A DNA stretch of 59,257 bases from a bacterium (GCA_021845615.1 JAJZVP010000001.1:1-59257); one strand, 5' to 3'. Counted from the stretch's first letter, positions 1-9,659 are shown. Notes: generated by a model from the sequence alone, not told the origin. Numbers and translations: made by a program.

Positions 1-1536
1 CACAGTAACGTCAGCGATATTTGGAGTTACAGTCCGAACGCGACCAATCCGTTCGATACGCTGTACGTAGGGACGCTCGATGGCGTGAACCCGACGGGAA
101 CCCACGGAGCCGTTTCGAGCCGGCCGGCCCCGCGCTTTCAACCCTATCTCCTCGGCGTCGCGCGCTCCGGCGCGGCGGGCGGATCGACCTCGCAGATCGG
201 TTTCGATATGGCGGTGCCGATCACGCCGACGGCATCGTTCGTCGGCTCGTTTCACCCCGACTATTCTAACGTCGAGACCGATCAGCAAACAATCTCGCCG
301 ACGGCATTCCCGCGGCAATATCAGGAGGTCCGGCCGTTCTTTACTCAGGTGGGAAACGCGTTCAATTACACGCTCGGCTGCCAAAATTGCCCGCAGACGC
401 TCTACACGCCCGCAATTCCGACCTTTCGCCAAGGGTACGGCGTCGAAGGAACGCAGGGCCCGCTCACCTTTGCCGGGTTCGATGCCGTCGGCAATCAACG
501 AACCGATCTCGCCGACGCGCTGGATTTCTCGCACTCATCGAGCGGCGGCACCGAACAGGTCGATCTGCAACGAGTCACCGTAAATACTCCCGCGCTCCTC
601 GATAATTCGAGTTCGCTCAACGGCGGATATTTTAGCACGCGCGGACACTGGTTCGTCTACGGAAACTACGCTCGCGAGGACGGCACGCTCGTCACCGACC
701 CCAGCCAAGCCCATTACGGCGAGGTTGGCGCGGGAGTGAAAACGGCAAACACCGTATTCGTGCTGGCGCACCAATTCGTCGGGTCGCAATTCAATCCGGT
801 CGATGGCTACGAGATGCAAAACGATATCGGTGGATACCTCTCGTTCGCGCAGCAAACGTTCCATTTTTCACCGACATCGAAGCTGCTTGACGTTTCGGTG
901 TCGCTGGACGACGGAAAGTTTTGGAATCACCTCTCGCAGCCCGCGCAGAGCAACGCCGGCGACCAAATCAACGTCGACTTCAAGAATTTATGGTCGGTTC
1001 ACGTCTTTCAGCAAAGTACGTTCGTATTGGCGTCGGACGGAGAGTATCTCCCGTTTAGCGTCGGGAACGGCGCCTTCGTCGGCTACAATCTCAATTCGAA
1101 CTACGGTAAGGGACTGGCGTACGGCGAAGGGCCGTACTATCACGGACAAGCCGCGAATTGGCAGTTCTTCGATACGATGCCGATCCGGCGTCGTTTGAGC
1201 TTCTCGCTAACTCTGAACGAAAATATCTATCACTCGCATCGCGCCGCGGAACCGTCGTTTCAGGAATGGCTGAATTCGGCGAGCTTCAATTGGCAATTCT
1301 CGCGCGACGCCTCGCTCTCACTCGGCGCTCGGCGCATCAACGGGATCGATCTGCCTACTTCGTATTTCGCGCCGACCTTTACGCCGGTCTTTGCCGATAA
1401 TCTCAGCGCGGCATTTCACTACCTCCACGGACATAACGAGTTCTATCTCGTCTACGGCGATCCCAACGCACTCACCACCACGCCGGCGGTCTTCTTTAAG
1501 TGGATCTTCTACGCCGGGGCCGAAAAAGGAACCTGA
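1..1536 (+). CDS. CBM9/DUF5916-like secreted or outer-membrane protein, 5' end outside window (paralog of next gene)
   Basis: Frame 1 is open from nt 1 (HSNVSDIWSYSPNAT...). It is collinear with residues ~200-706 of the ORF at 1540..3660. Shared blocks include ARFQPYLLGVARSGAAGGSTSQ, PITPTASFVGSFHPDYSNVE and an identical C-terminus HYLHGHNEFYLVYGDPNALTTTPAVFFKWIFYAGAEKGT. Family name is from memory of this architecture, not searched. Confidence 0.55.
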   Translation, partial: HSNVSDIWSYSPNATNPFDTLYVGTLDGVNPTGTHGAVSSRPAPRFQPYLLGVARSGAAGGSTSQIGFDMAVPITPTASFVGSFHPDYSNVETDQQTISPTAFPRQYQEVRPFFTQVGNAFNYTLGCQNCPQTLYTPAIPTFRQGYGVEGTQGPLTFAGFDAVGNQRTDLADALDFSHSSSGGTEQVDLQRVTVNTPALLDNSSSLNGGYFSTRGHWFVYGNYAREDGTLVTDPSQAHYGEVGAGVKTANTVFVLAHQFVGSQFNPVDGYEMQNDIGGYLSFAQQTFHFSPTSKLLDVSVSLDDGKFWNHLSQPAQSNAGDQINVDFKNLWSVHVFQQSTFVLASDGEYLPFSVGNGAFVGYNLNSNYGKGLAYGEGPYYHGQAANWQFFDTMPIRRRLSFSLTLNENIYHSHRAAEPSFQEWLNSASFNWQFSRDASLSLGARRINGIDLPTSYFAPTFTPVFADNLSAAFHYLHGHNEFYLVYGDPNALTTTPAVFFKWIFYAGAEKGT

Positions 1537-1539
1537 GGT

Positions 1540-3660
1540 TTGGATTTGAAAATTCGGCGCATGCGACGCTTTTCACTCGCCGGCGCGCTTTTCGTTGCCG
1601 GTACCCTTTGCTCATCGCTAGGTCTTTCTGCCGCAACGTTACCGCACGTACGGGTCCCGATGCTCGCCAAGGAACCGTCGATGCACGCCCGGGTCGATGC
1701 GAGCTGGGCCGGTGCCGCCCGAATCGCCCTGCGATACGATTTCACCAACCGCCGTCGCGTCTCGCACCCCACCGTCGTGTACGTCGCACAGGATCCGCAA
1801 GGGCTCGATTTTGCATTTCGCGTCCGCGAGCGCTCCCGAGTCACCGCTTCGACGGTGAGTGACGGCCCGGCGATCTTCGGCGACGATAGCATCCAGGTCT
1901 CGCTCGAGCCACAGGGGGTACGGGGCTTCGCCTATCAATTTTCCGCGAACCCGCGTGGGGCGCACTACCAAACTTCCACCGAAAACAGCGCCTACACGCC
2001 GCATTGGCTCTCACGCGGAAGAATTACCAAGCGCGGCTACACGGTAACGATGCACGTTCCATTTCAGATCATTCGCTCCGGCGGATCGCATTCGTGGAAA
2101 GCGCAGTTCGCGCGCTTCAATAACAAAGCAAACATCCTTCAAGTCTGGAGCTACGACGCCGAAGCGACATCGCCGACCCTCGCTCTCTATTCGGGCACGC
2201 TTACCGGCGTTGCGGTCGGGGCGGGCAAGAAGGCGAAATCGACGCGCCCGAAGGCGCGCTTCCAACCCTATCTTCTGGGAGTCGCGCGCTCCGGCGCCGC
2301 CGGCGGCTCGACCTCGCAGGTCGGGCTCGATATGGCGGTGCCGATCACGCCGACGGCTTCGTTCGTGGGATCGTTCCATCCCGACTACTCCAACGTCGAG
2401 ATCGACCAACAGTCGATCTCGCCGACGGCATTTCCGCGCATGTATCAAGAAGTACGTCCCTTTTTTACGCAGGTCGCAAATGCCTTTGGAAACTTTGCGT
2501 GCAACGTGTCGTGCCCATCGATACTCTATACGCCCGCGATTCCAACCTTTCGCCAAGGGTACGGGATAGAGGGAACCCAGGGACCATTTTCGTTCTCCGG
2601 GTTCGACGCCGTTGGGGCGAACCGGACCGATCTCGCCGAAGCGTTAGACTTTTCCGTGCAAAACGCTCGCGAAAGCTACGGAATAAATGCAAATTCCGTA
2701 ACCGCCGCAACGCCGACATTCGTCGATTCGACGGCGTTGATCAGCGGCGGTTTTATCGATAATAAGAAACATGTAGGGGTTTTTGCAAACTATGCACGCG
2801 AGAATGGAACATTTGTTACCGATCCATCTCAAGCGCACTATGGAGAAGTTGGGGCGTTTTACCAAACCGCCAATACCTATGCCGGCCTGGCGCGTCAATT
2901 CATCGGCGCGCAATTTTCGCCCGTCGATGCCTACCTACAGCAAAATAACACTGCGGGATACGACGCATTTGCGCATCACGTTTTTCATATGTCGCCGAGA
3001 TCAAAATTGCTCGATATTCAGGCAACCACCGTCGATACACGGTTTTGGAACGACGCCTCACAGATGGCGCAGACGCAAAGCGTGGTGCAGTTGAATTTTG
3101 ATTTTAGAAATCTCTGGACGATCGACGCCTCCGATGGCTCGATGTTCGTTAGATCGTCGGACGGAGAGTTGTTGCCGTTTAATGTCGGTAACGGTGGGCT
3201 GCTCGGATACAAGCTAAATTCGAATTTTCCGATTGGGATAGCTTTTGGGAATGGTTCCTACTATCACGGGCATGCGGCGAATTGGCAGTTTTTCGACACG
3301 CTTCCCGTTCGACGCAATCTAAGCCTCTCGCTCAATGTGAACGAGAACATCTACGCGTCGCACCTGGCCGCCGAACCATCCTTCCGGCAATGGCTGAATT
3401 CAGCGAGCATCAATTGGCAATTCTCACGCACGGCTTCGTTTTCGCTCGGCGCTCGGCGCATCAATGGAATCAGCTTGCCGAATTCTTATTTCGCGCCGAG
3501 CTTTACCCCGGTCTTCGCCGATAACCTCAGTGCGGCATTCCACTACCTCCACGGCCATAACGAGTTCTATCTCGTCTACGGCGATCCCAACGCGCTCACC
3601 ACCACGCCGGCGGTCTTCTTCAAGTGGATTTTCTACGCCGGGGCTGAAAAGGGAACGTAG
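1540..3660 (+). CDS. CBM9-like N-terminal domain + DUF5916-like C-terminal region, secreted/outer-membrane protein
   Basis: 706-aa ORF. The alternative ATG at 1561 gives a signal-like MRRFSLAGALFVAGTLCSSLGLSAA. The N-terminal ~200 aa fit a CBM9/DOMON-like pattern, and the rest is paralogous to the upstream gene. Confidence 0.6.
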   Translation: MDLKIRRMRRFSLAGALFVAGTLCSSLGLSAATLPHVRVPMLAKEPSMHARVDASWAGAARIALRYDFTNRRRVSHPTVVYVAQDPQGLDFAFRVRERSRVTASTVSDGPAIFGDDSIQVSLEPQGVRGFAYQFSANPRGAHYQTSTENSAYTPHWLSRGRITKRGYTVTMHVPFQIIRSGGSHSWKAQFARFNNKANILQVWSYDAEATSPTLALYSGTLTGVAVGAGKKAKSTRPKARFQPYLLGVARSGAAGGSTSQVGLDMAVPITPTASFVGSFHPDYSNVEIDQQSISPTAFPRMYQEVRPFFTQVANAFGNFACNVSCPSILYTPAIPTFRQGYGIEGTQGPFSFSGFDAVGANRTDLAEALDFSVQNARESYGINANSVTAATPTFVDSTALISGGFIDNKKHVGVFANYARENGTFVTDPSQAHYGEVGAFYQTANTYAGLARQFIGAQFSPVDAYLQQNNTAGYDAFAHHVFHMSPRSKLLDIQATTVDTRFWNDASQMAQTQSVVQLNFDFRNLWTIDASDGSMFVRSSDGELLPFNVGNGGLLGYKLNSNFPIGIAFGNGSYYHGHAANWQFFDTLPVRRNLSLSLNVNENIYASHLAAEPSFRQWLNSASINWQFSRTASFSLGARRINGISLPNSYFAPSFTPVFADNLSAAFHYLHGHNEFYLVYGDPNALTTTPAVFFKWIFYAGAEKGT

Positions 3661-3678
3661 CGGTCGAAAGACCCGAAC

Positions 3679-5007
3679 ATGGTTGCGAAGATACCGGGGC
3701 CGAGCCGAAGTGAAACGTTCGCCCGGCTCGGCATGCAGCCGTTCCTTCGGTTGCCGACGTTTTTAGCCGAGATTGCCGAACGGTACGGCCCGATCGCAAC
3801 GTTTCAAATTCCGTTTCGACGCTTTCTCTTTCTCAACGATCCGCAACAGATCAAAGACGTGCTCGTGACGCAGCAGCATGCGTTTGTGAAATCCGAGGGA
3901 GGGCGCGCCCTGCGTCGCCTGCTTGGAAACGGACTGCTGACGAGCGAGGAGCCGGAGCACCGGCAGATGCGTCGGGTCGTGCAACCGGCATTCCATCGCG
4001 AACGCATCGCGGCGTACGCTCGCGCGATGCTCGCGCATGCGACGCGTTGGTGCGAGGAGCGAAGCGCGGAGGAGCGGGTCGAGATGCACCCCGCAATGAG
4101 CGAGTTGACGCTCCGTATCGCAAGCGAGACGCTCTTCGGCGTCGATGCGGGCGAGCGCGCGAGTGAGGTGCGCGCCGCACTGCGGGCAACGATGGAGAGC
4201 TATCCCTCCGGAATCGGTCCGCTCGGGCAGCTTCGTTCGCGGCTAGGGTTTTTGCCTGCGACGCGACGCTTTAACGAAGCGCGTTCGCGACTCGATGCGA
4301 TCGTCTATGGGCTCATCGCGCAACGACGAGCGAGCGCCGAACGGGGCGGCGACGCACTCTCGCTTCTGATCGCTGCCGAAGACGCGGAGGATGGCTATCG
4401 CCCAACCGATCGTCAGGTCCGTGACGAAGCGCTGACGCTCTTTCTCGCCGGGCACGAAACCACCGCCAACGCGCTCGTCTGGACGTGGTATCTCCTCGCG
4501 CGCCACCCCGAAGTGGCACGGCGCTTGCACGAAGAAGTCGATGGCGCCGATTTTTCGCGCGATCCGATCGAGCTCGCGGCGAGCCTCGAGTTCGCGCGGC
4601 GCGTCTTTCGCGAATCGATGCGCCTCTATCCGCCGGCGTGGATCTTCGGGCGCGAGGCGCGCGAACGCGTAACGCTCGTCGGCGGCTACGATGTGGAGGC
4701 CGGGACGACCGTCCTGATATCGCCGCTCGTGCTGCATCGCCGCCCCGATCTTTTCCCGCAGCCGGAGCGCTTCGATCCCGACCGATGGCTCCGTACCGAA
4801 GTGCCGCCATTTGCCTACGTACCCTTCGGCGGCGGTGCTCGTCGATGCATCGGCGAGGAATTTGCGTGGACCGAGGGCGTGCTCGTGCTCGCGAGACTCG
4901 CGCGCGCGTTTCGATTCGCGTTGTGCGAGGAGGGCGTGCTGGAGACGGTGCCGCTCGTGACGTTACGCCCGAAAGGTCCCGTCGCGATGTGGGTCAGGAA
5001 ACGCTAA
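3679..5007 (+). CDS. cytochrome P450
   Basis: Heme-binding loop [15 protein letters not shown]-helix FLAGHETTA, ExxR (ESMR) followed by LYPP; 442 aa. Confidence 0.9.
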   Translation: MVAKIPGPSRSETFARLGMQPFLRLPTFLAEIAERYGPIATFQIPFRRFLFLNDPQQIKDVLVTQQHAFVKSEGGRALRRLLGNGLLTSEEPEHRQMRRVVQPAFHRERIAAYARAMLAHATRWCEERSAEERVEMHPAMSELTLRIASETLFGVDAGERASEVRAALRATMESYPSGIGPLGQLRSRLGFLPATRRFNEARSRLDAIVYGLIAQRRASAERGGDALSLLIAAEDAEDGYRPTDRQVRDEALTLFLAGHETTANALVWTWYLLARHPEVARRLHEEVDGADFSRDPIELAASLEFARRVFRESMRLYPPAWIFGREARERVTLVGGYDVEAGTTVLISPLVLHRRPDLFPQPERFDPDRWLRTEVPPFAYVPFGGGARRCIGEEFAWTEGVLVLARLARAFRFALCEEGVLETVPLVTLRPKGPVAMWVRKR

Positions 5008-5326
5008 AGCCAATTGCAAAGGCGACCTGCTCTCGAATACCACGCAATTGTATCTCTTCGACTCGCGATAACGTAAGCGTCACGCGTTGCTTTGCGACAC
5101 TGGTGATGTGGTGCGCGAGCGTCCACGATACACGCGACGCGCCATTATCCGGCGTCGGGTCGATGCGCTGAGAGAAGGTGGGGTGAGCGAGATTCTGGTC
5201 GGTGGTAAGCGGAACGACCAGCAGATTTGGGTAGCTCTCCGGAAAGAGTTCGGAATCGCCAACGACGACGGCCGGACGAAGTTTAGTAGGCTCGCGCGCG
5301 AGAGCACCGCTTCGCCAGTCGACCAA
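4994..5326 (-). CDS. PemK/MazF-family type II toxin (endoribonuclease)
   Basis: KLRPAVVV core and overall MazF-like pattern, directly downstream of an RHH antitoxin ORF. The track start is TTG, and the conserved N-terminal strand lies further upstream (see finding). Confidence 0.7.
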   Translation of the reverse strand: MVDWRSGALAREPTKLRPAVVVGDSELFPESYPNLLVVPLTTDQNLAHPTFSQRIDPTPDNGASRVSWTLAHHITSVAKQRVTLTLSRVEEIQLRGIREQVAFAIGFSVS

Positions 5327-5349
5327 GACGATCGAACCGGCAGGGGGGT

Positions 5350-5592
5350 TCAGCGCGGTTCTCCCGCGGGAATGCCGTAGGACTCAATTTCCTCACGTGC
5401 TTCGGGGTGCTCGGCGAGGTATGCGACGATTCGCTCGCCCTCCGCTCGTATTGCCGACCGACGCACGCGGCGTGCCTCGGCCTCTGCAAGATCGCGCACG
5501 AGCGCGCTGACACCGAGGCCACGAGCGCGGGCGAGCTCCTGGAGTGTCTCCCGGTCCTTGGGGGAGAGCCTGATCGTAAGGGTATCCGCCAT
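5350..5592 (-). CDS. ribbon-helix-helix (CopG/MazE-like) antitoxin
   Basis: 80 aa. N-terminal TIRLSPKDRETLQELARARGLGVSALVRDL is RHH-like, and it sits immediately 5' of the MazF-like ORF. Confidence 0.65.
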   Translation of the reverse strand: MADTLTIRLSPKDRETLQELARARGLGVSALVRDLAEAEARRVRRSAIRAEGERIVAYLAEHPEAREEIESYGIPAGEPR

Positions 5593-5655
5593 CGTTGCGC
5601 GATTGTAACACGGAGGCGTGTCACCGACAAGTGTCGCGCCTCCGTGCGATCGCTT

Positions 5656-7029
5656 TTACGCAAGGACGAGCTGTTCGCTTGCGGCGCCGGCCTTTCGGAG
5701 CGCTTCGGCGATCATCTGCTCCTGGAGCTCCGGTACGATCCATCGCGCTTGCGCGTCGGGCGAGAGTTTGTCGATCGGATCGAAGTAGAGAAACGCCTTG
5801 CCCGGCTTGACGCTCGGAGCCGCATAGACGGCGATCCCGTTCTCGCGATCGTAATACTCGTAGGAATGAACGTCGCGTTTCCCGCCGCCGCCCGGTGCGT
5901 CGCAAACGAAGGTCGGCGTATTGAAGCCGGCGGTGCTGCCGCGCACGAACTTCTCGGTCTCGGTCGCCGTCTGAATGGTCGTGCGAAGCTCTTCGACGCC
6001 CTTCACCATATCGTGCATGTAGACGTAATACGGATGCACGTTGACGTGTCCGAGCCGCTTGACGAGCATCGCCATACGTTCGGGGGTATCGTTGACGCCG
6101 CGGATCAGCACCGACTGGTTGCGGGTGAAGATCCCGCGTTCGAAGAGCATGCCCATCGCCTTTTGCGTGATCCACGTAATCTCTTCGGGTGCGTTGAAGT
6201 GCGTGTGCAAGACGACGTCTTTGCCGAGCTTGCGGCCGCGTTCGACGATGGCGGTGATCGCATCGAGCCACTCGGTATGCGTGATGATCTTCATCGGCAT
6301 GATCGCCGGGCCTTTGGTGGCGAAGCGCATGCGGCGCACGTGCGGGATATCGAGCAGTGCGTTGCCGATGAGTTCGATGTTCTTCGGCGGCAATTGATAG
6401 GTGTCGCCGCCGGAGATCACGATATCCTCGAGCTCCGGGCGCTCGCTGATGTATTGAAAGGCTTGCTGCCACTGCGCGGGCGTCTTGGCGAGCGAGACTT
6501 TATCCACTTCCTCGGTATCGGGGCCGATCGCGTAGCTGCGCGTGCAGAATCGGCAATAGACCGGGCAGACGTTGAGCGGCAGGAAGAGCGCCTTATCGGT
6601 GTAGCGGTGCACGAGCCCCGGCACCGGAGAATCGTCTTGTTCGTGCAGCGAATCGAGCGTCAGGCGCGGGTGATCGGGAAGCAACGAACTCGCCATCGGA
6701 ATGAATTGGCGGCGGATCGGATCGTTGTGCGGATCGTTCCAGTCGATGAGCGAGAGCGCGTACGGCGAGACGCGCACGGCCATCGGCGCGTGGGCAAAAC
6801 CCGCCTCGATGTCGGCAACGAACTCCGGCGGGGCGAGATCGCGGATGGTGCCGACGAGCTCCTCGGGCGTTTTGATCGAGTGCTTCTGCTGCCAGAGGTG
6901 ATCGAGAAACGTTGCTTCGTCAACCTCGCGATAAGCGGGAACGTGGCGCCAAAACTCTCCCTGCTTGAGGTTTTTATATTCAAACTGCGATGCTGCCGCT
7001 GCCGGCTTCTTATGGACGATCTCGCTCAT
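5656..7029 (-). CDS. kamA: lysine 2,3-aminomutase (radical SAM, KamA family)
   Basis: CPVYCRFCTR radical-SAM CxxxCxxC motif. Characteristic KamA N-terminus (WRHVPAYREVDEATFLDHLWQ) and length of 457 aa. Confidence 0.88.
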   Translation of the reverse strand: MSEIVHKKPAAAASQFEYKNLKQGEFWRHVPAYREVDEATFLDHLWQQKHSIKTPEELVGTIRDLAPPEFVADIEAGFAHAPMAVRVSPYALSLIDWNDPHNDPIRRQFIPMASSLLPDHPRLTLDSLHEQDDSPVPGLVHRYTDKALFLPLNVCPVYCRFCTRSYAIGPDTEEVDKVSLAKTPAQWQQAFQYISERPELEDIVISGGDTYQLPPKNIELIGNALLDIPHVRRMRFATKGPAIMPMKIITHTEWLDAITAIVERGRKLGKDVVLHTHFNAPEEITWITQKAMGMLFERGIFTRNQSVLIRGVNDTPERMAMLVKRLGHVNVHPYYVYMHDMVKGVEELRTTIQTATETEKFVRGSTAGFNTPTFVCDAPGGGGKRDVHSYEYYDRENGIAVYAAPSVKPGKAFLYFDPIDKLSPDAQARWIVPELQEQMIAEALRKAGAASEQLVLA

Positions 7030-7056
7030 GGTCGCTGCCTCCGAAAGATGGGTGGA

Positions 7057-8118
7057 TTACGAACGCGCGTATTTCGCGTCGAAAAAGGAACGTATGGCCG
7101 GAAAATCGCGGAGCGTCTGCAACGCGATCTCGGCATGGTTGCGGGCGTACCCGTTGCCGACGATCATCGTAATATCTTTTGCCGCCCCTTCGGCGCCGAG
7201 CGCCGCTGCCGTGAACGAGGTCGACATCGAGAAGAAATAGAGCGTTCCATCGTCTTTCGTGCAGAGAATCGACGCAAGCTCGGTGCCCGGCACGTTCACG
7301 CAGTTGATAACGACATCGGCGAGTTCGGGAAGGATTCGCTCGACCGCCGCGCTGACGCCGAGCGTATCGCGAGCGTCGGCGACGACGAATGCATCGACGA
7401 GACCTTCGCGCTGAAGAAGGCGTGCGGCTTCCGTTTCGTCGCTCGGCGCGACGCCGATGACGCGCCCGCTCGCGCCGACCGCGCGCTTGGCATGCGCGCA
7501 CGAAAGCATGCCGCTCTTTCCGTCGGCGCCGATGACGACCACGTTCTGCCCGGGTTTGCAGAGGCGTGCGACCTGCGCCGGCGCGCCGGCGACATCGAGC
7601 ACTGCAAGGGCGACGTTTTCGTCGATATCTTCGGGAAGTTTCGACCACAGACTACGCTGGAAAAGAACGGCGCTGCCCTCGATCCAGATGCGCCCGGTCT
7701 TGGTGCAAACGCGCGTGATGCGGCGAATGTGCAGCGGCGTGAGCGTCAGCGAAACCAACGATGCGATGCGATCGCCGACGCGAAGCGAGATCGAATCGCG
7801 GAGCCGTTCGCCGATCTCGGCGACGCGGCCGATAAACATGCCGCCGCTGCCGGTGACGGGGTTGTGCTGCTTCCCGCGCGTCGCGACGATATTTGCGACG
7901 TGCGCGGCGATGCGCTCTTCGTCGCCGCCTTCGGCGTCGGAGATCTGCTTGAACGAGGCGGAATCGATGTTGAGAACCTCGACTTCGCAAAGAATCTCGT
8001 TCGCCTGCGCCACCGGCGTGTTATCGAGGCGCAGCGCGCTCTGCGGCATCGCTCCGGCGGGTTCGAGGACGCGGTGCGTCCCGAGGGGATGCAGCGTGTT
8101 ATCGATGGTAGTCGTCAT
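7057..8118 (-). CDS. kdd: L-erythro-3,5-diaminohexanoate dehydrogenase (Kdd-like)
   Basis: Start taken at MTTTIDNTLHPLGTHRVLEP (ATG at 8118, overlapping the lrp stop as ATGA). Blocks NIDSASFKQI, NPVTGSGGMFIGRV, LDVAGAPAQVARL, INCVNVPGTE and KDITMIVGNGY match my recollection of Fusobacterium Kdd. Confidence 0.8.
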   Translation of the reverse strand: MTTTIDNTLHPLGTHRVLEPAGAMPQSALRLDNTPVAQANEILCEVEVLNIDSASFKQISDAEGGDEERIAAHVANIVATRGKQHNPVTGSGGMFIGRVAEIGERLRDSISLRVGDRIASLVSLTLTPLHIRRITRVCTKTGRIWIEGSAVLFQRSLWSKLPEDIDENVALAVLDVAGAPAQVARLCKPGQNVVVIGADGKSGMLSCAHAKRAVGASGRVIGVAPSDETEAARLLQREGLVDAFVVADARDTLGVSAAVERILPELADVVINCVNVPGTELASILCTKDDGTLYFFSMSTSFTAAALGAEGAAKDITMIVGNGYARNHAEIALQTLRDFPAIRSFFDAKYARS

Positions 8119-8597
8119 GGTAAGAGCGAGATGCCTCCGCGTTCGAATGGTGTCGATAGCACGATCGTCGTGCGCGTGCGCGCCATACCCGGCATGGTTT
8201 TCAAGCGCGTGAGGAGATCGTCGAGGTGATCGGTCGAGCGCGTCATCACTTTGCAAAGAAAGGACTCTTCGCCCGCGACGCTATGCACTTCGACGATCTC
8301 GGGTATCGAGCCGAGCGCTTCGGTGAAGGCGGCATAATCGCAATCTTGCGTGGTGTAACAACTGATGAAGGCGACCAAGCCCAGGCCGACGCGCTTGGCG
8401 TCGAGTTGCGCGGCATAACGCCGCACGAAGCCGCGCCCCTCCAAACGCTTCACGCGCTCGTGCGCTGCAGGCGCGCTTAACCCGACGAGTGCACCCAGCT
8501 CGGCATAGGTCGAGCGGGCGTTCCCCTGAAGGGCATCGAGGAGGCGGGCGTCGAGTTCGTCGAGCTCCCCCGGGGCGATTGAAAGTGATACGGTCAT
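8115..8597 (-). CDS. Lrp/AsnC family transcriptional regulator
   Basis: LDELDARLLDALQGNARSTYAELGALVGLSAPAAHERVKRLEGRGFV is an HTH_AsnC pattern, followed by a RAM-like C-terminal half. Start chosen at MTVSLS (ATG 8597) rather than the upstream ORF start. Confidence 0.85.
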   Translation of the reverse strand: MTVSLSIAPGELDELDARLLDALQGNARSTYAELGALVGLSAPAAHERVKRLEGRGFVRRYAAQLDAKRVGLGLVAFISCYTTQDCDYAAFTEALGSIPEIVEVHSVAGEESFLCKVMTRSTDHLDDLLTRLKTMPGMARTRTTIVLSTPFERGGISLLP

Positions 8598-8609
8598 ACG
8601 CTTGGTTTG

Positions 8610-8624
8610 CCGAACATTATTCGG
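8610..8624 (-). promoter_or_regulatory. palindrome CCGAA-N5-TTCGG between a TATAGT -10-like box (8632-8637) and the lrp start
   Basis: Read directly in the sequence. Candidate autoregulatory site or operator for the lrp-kdd-kamA operon. Confidence 0.3.
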
Positions 8625-8652
8625 TCTAAGCACTATAGCACCGTCGATTCAT

Positions 8653-9648
8653 TCAGCGCAAGGGGGCGATGACATCCTCCAGAGCCCGTTGGGCGATCAC
8701 GCGAAGCATCCGCTTGCGGTAGAGGAGGCTCGCGTTCGCGTTCTCGAGCGGCTTCCCGGCCTTGAAGACCTCCTCGGCGGCGTCGGCGGCGATCTCTTCG
8801 CCAAGGTGGGTGCCGAGGAGGATCGCCCCGGCGGCTTCGACTTCGAGCGGCGCGGAGCCGACGGCGTTCAGCACGATCCTTGCCTGGGTACAGGAGCCGC
8901 CGGCATCGGTCGCTACGGCAACGGCGACGCCTAAGAGCGGAAAATCGAAGGCTTTTCGCAGCCGAAGTTTCCGATAGCTGCTACGCGTCCCACGTGCCGG
9001 AAGCGGAAGAGCGATCTCCGTTAGAATTTCGTCGGCGCGTTTGACGTTCGCGTGCGCCCCGTCGTTTTGATAGAATTCGCGGATGTTGACGGTCCGCTCG
9101 CCGCGCGGACCGACGAGCGAGAGGCGTGCGTCATATGCGTGCATCACCGGAGCAGTATCCGACGCATTGATCGCCTTGCAGGTGTCGCTATGCAATGCGA
9201 CGCGACAGAGATTGCCGTCGCGCTTGAGACAATAGCCCATCGCCTTTCGCCATTCGGCGCTCTGATTGAAATAATTGCAGCGCGTCTCCAAGCAAAGATT
9301 GCCGCCGATGGTGCCCATGTTGCGAATCTCCGGCGTCCCGACCATCGCCGCAGCCTGGGCTAGTGCGGGATAGTGCTCCGCAACGGCGGGCTCGCGCACG
9401 ATTGCATCGAGCGAGCAGAGCGCACCGATACGTAGGCCGTGCTGCGGATCGAAACGGATGCTGCGCAACGCGGTAATCGAACGAAGGCCGACGACGACGC
9501 GAGGAGCGAAAAGCCCGAGCTTCATATTTGCATAGAGATCGGTCCCACCGGCAACGGGGAGTGCGTCGTCGCCGTGCTCGCCGAGCAATGTCACCGCCTC
9601 GTCGACCGAACGAGCGGGCTGGAATTCAAAGGCAGGGAGACGCAACAT
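8653..9648 (-). CDS. molybdenum hydroxylase FAD-binding (medium, CoxM/XdhB-like) subunit
   Basis: 331 aa. N-terminal FAD_binding_5 pattern (PVAGGTDLYANMKLG). Sits in a small-large-medium subunit gene order. Confidence 0.8.
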   Translation of the reverse strand: MLRLPAFEFQPARSVDEAVTLLGEHGDDALPVAGGTDLYANMKLGLFAPRVVVGLRSITALRSIRFDPQHGLRIGALCSLDAIVREPAVAEHYPALAQAAAMVGTPEIRNMGTIGGNLCLETRCNYFNQSAEWRKAMGYCLKRDGNLCRVALHSDTCKAINASDTAPVMHAYDARLSLVGPRGERTVNIREFYQNDGAHANVKRADEILTEIALPLPARGTRSSYRKLRLRKAFDFPLLGVAVAVATDAGGSCTQARIVLNAVGSAPLEVEAAGAILLGTHLGEEIAADAAEEVFKAGKPLENANASLLYRKRMLRVIAQRALEDVIAPLR

Positions 9649-9659
9649 AACGGAGTTCC

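Noticed and set aside
5407-8229. 940-aa uninterrupted plus-strand ORF
   Set aside because: It is entirely antisense to the well-supported kamA and kdd genes. Its Arg/Ala/Asp/Gly-rich low-complexity translation has no recognisable motifs, which is the typical stop-poor shadow frame of high-GC DNA.
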